A DNA stretch of 15,399 nucleotides from Candidatus Heimdallarchaeota archaeon (GTDB lineage: Archaea > Asgardarchaeota > Heimdallarchaeia > Heimdallarchaeales > Heimdallarchaeaceae), in the NCBI GenBank assembly GCA_021399395.1, contig JAAFKJ010000006.1, positions 1 through 15,399 on the forward strand. Reading direction: 5' to 3'. The position numbers were made by a program, and so were the translations under genes. This document shows, piece by piece, positions 15,214 to 15,399 of the stretch (positions are counted from its first letter, which is position 1; every line of letters starts with the position of its first letter). Under the pieces are notes generated by a model. It worked only from the letters and a program-made list of their open reading frames with translations. It did no database searches and was not told the DNA's origin.

Positions 15214-15399
15214 ATGGAGATTTCTTTGGATATGAGTAATGTACCTATTGCTAGTATTGATGAAAATGGAAACATTACTGTTCTTAGGCACATCTATTTC
15301 AAATGTACAATGTGTACTGACTGTTGTAGATTGAACAACATACCTGCTACAGATAGAGACATGGTTAGGATAATGGATGCGGGAATTCCAGTAGATCAA
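15214..15399 (+). CDS. YkgJ-family CxxCxxCC cysteine-cluster protein, 3' end cut off by the window edge
   Basis: Not in the ORF track. MEISLDMSNVPIASIDENGNITVLRHIYFKCTMCTDCCRLNNIPATDRDMVRI contains the FxCxxCxxCC...DxxRI signature. Alternative start ATG 15232. Confidence 0.85.
   Translation, partial: MEISLDMSNVPIASIDENGNITVLRHIYFKCTMCTDCCRLNNIPATDRDMVRIMDAGIPVDQ

Noticed and set aside
13305-15399. ORFs 13305-13490, 13760-14182, 14675-14869 and 15202-15399
   Set aside because: Shadows of trm1, rnhB, the rhomboid and the + strand YkgJ gene, all of which carry clear family motifs.
1-15399. CRISPR array, tRNA or rRNA genes
   Set aside because: Intergenic regions are short (about 200 nt or less) and AT-rich, with no repeat-spacer periodicity or cloverleaf motifs seen.

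Overview
Low-GC archaeal chromosomal segment. Asgard (Heimdallarchaeia-like) origin is an inference from gene content (S30e, wHTH+FeS TFE-beta/Rpc34, eukaryote-like protease) and AT-rich composition. Most of the window is an information-processing and RNA-modification cluster: rps30e, elp3, a COG1395-type HTH regulator, fibrillarin, nop5, rps8e, srp19, gar1, tfeB (Rpc34-like), rlmE, trm1 and rnhB, followed by a rhomboid protease and a partial YkgJ/CxxCxxCC gene. The left edge holds a partial solo tnpB that the ORF track missed, whose canonical RuvC-II Glu is replaced by Gly as in Fanzor-like enzymes. Main candidate for a new system: a 982-aa membrane-anchored subtilase whose domain order and motifs parallel eukaryotic Site-1 protease (MBTPS1/SKI-1), lying directly upstream of a small wHTH regulator that has a near-perfect palindromic operator next to its TATA box. 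Other observations: a C-D'-C'-D box arrangement antisense to the repetitive nop5 tail, a 13-aa insertion in an HTH turn, a possible beta-grasp ORFan head-to-head with rps30e, and no tfb between gar1 and tfeB. All assignments come from manual motif recognition; no searches were run.
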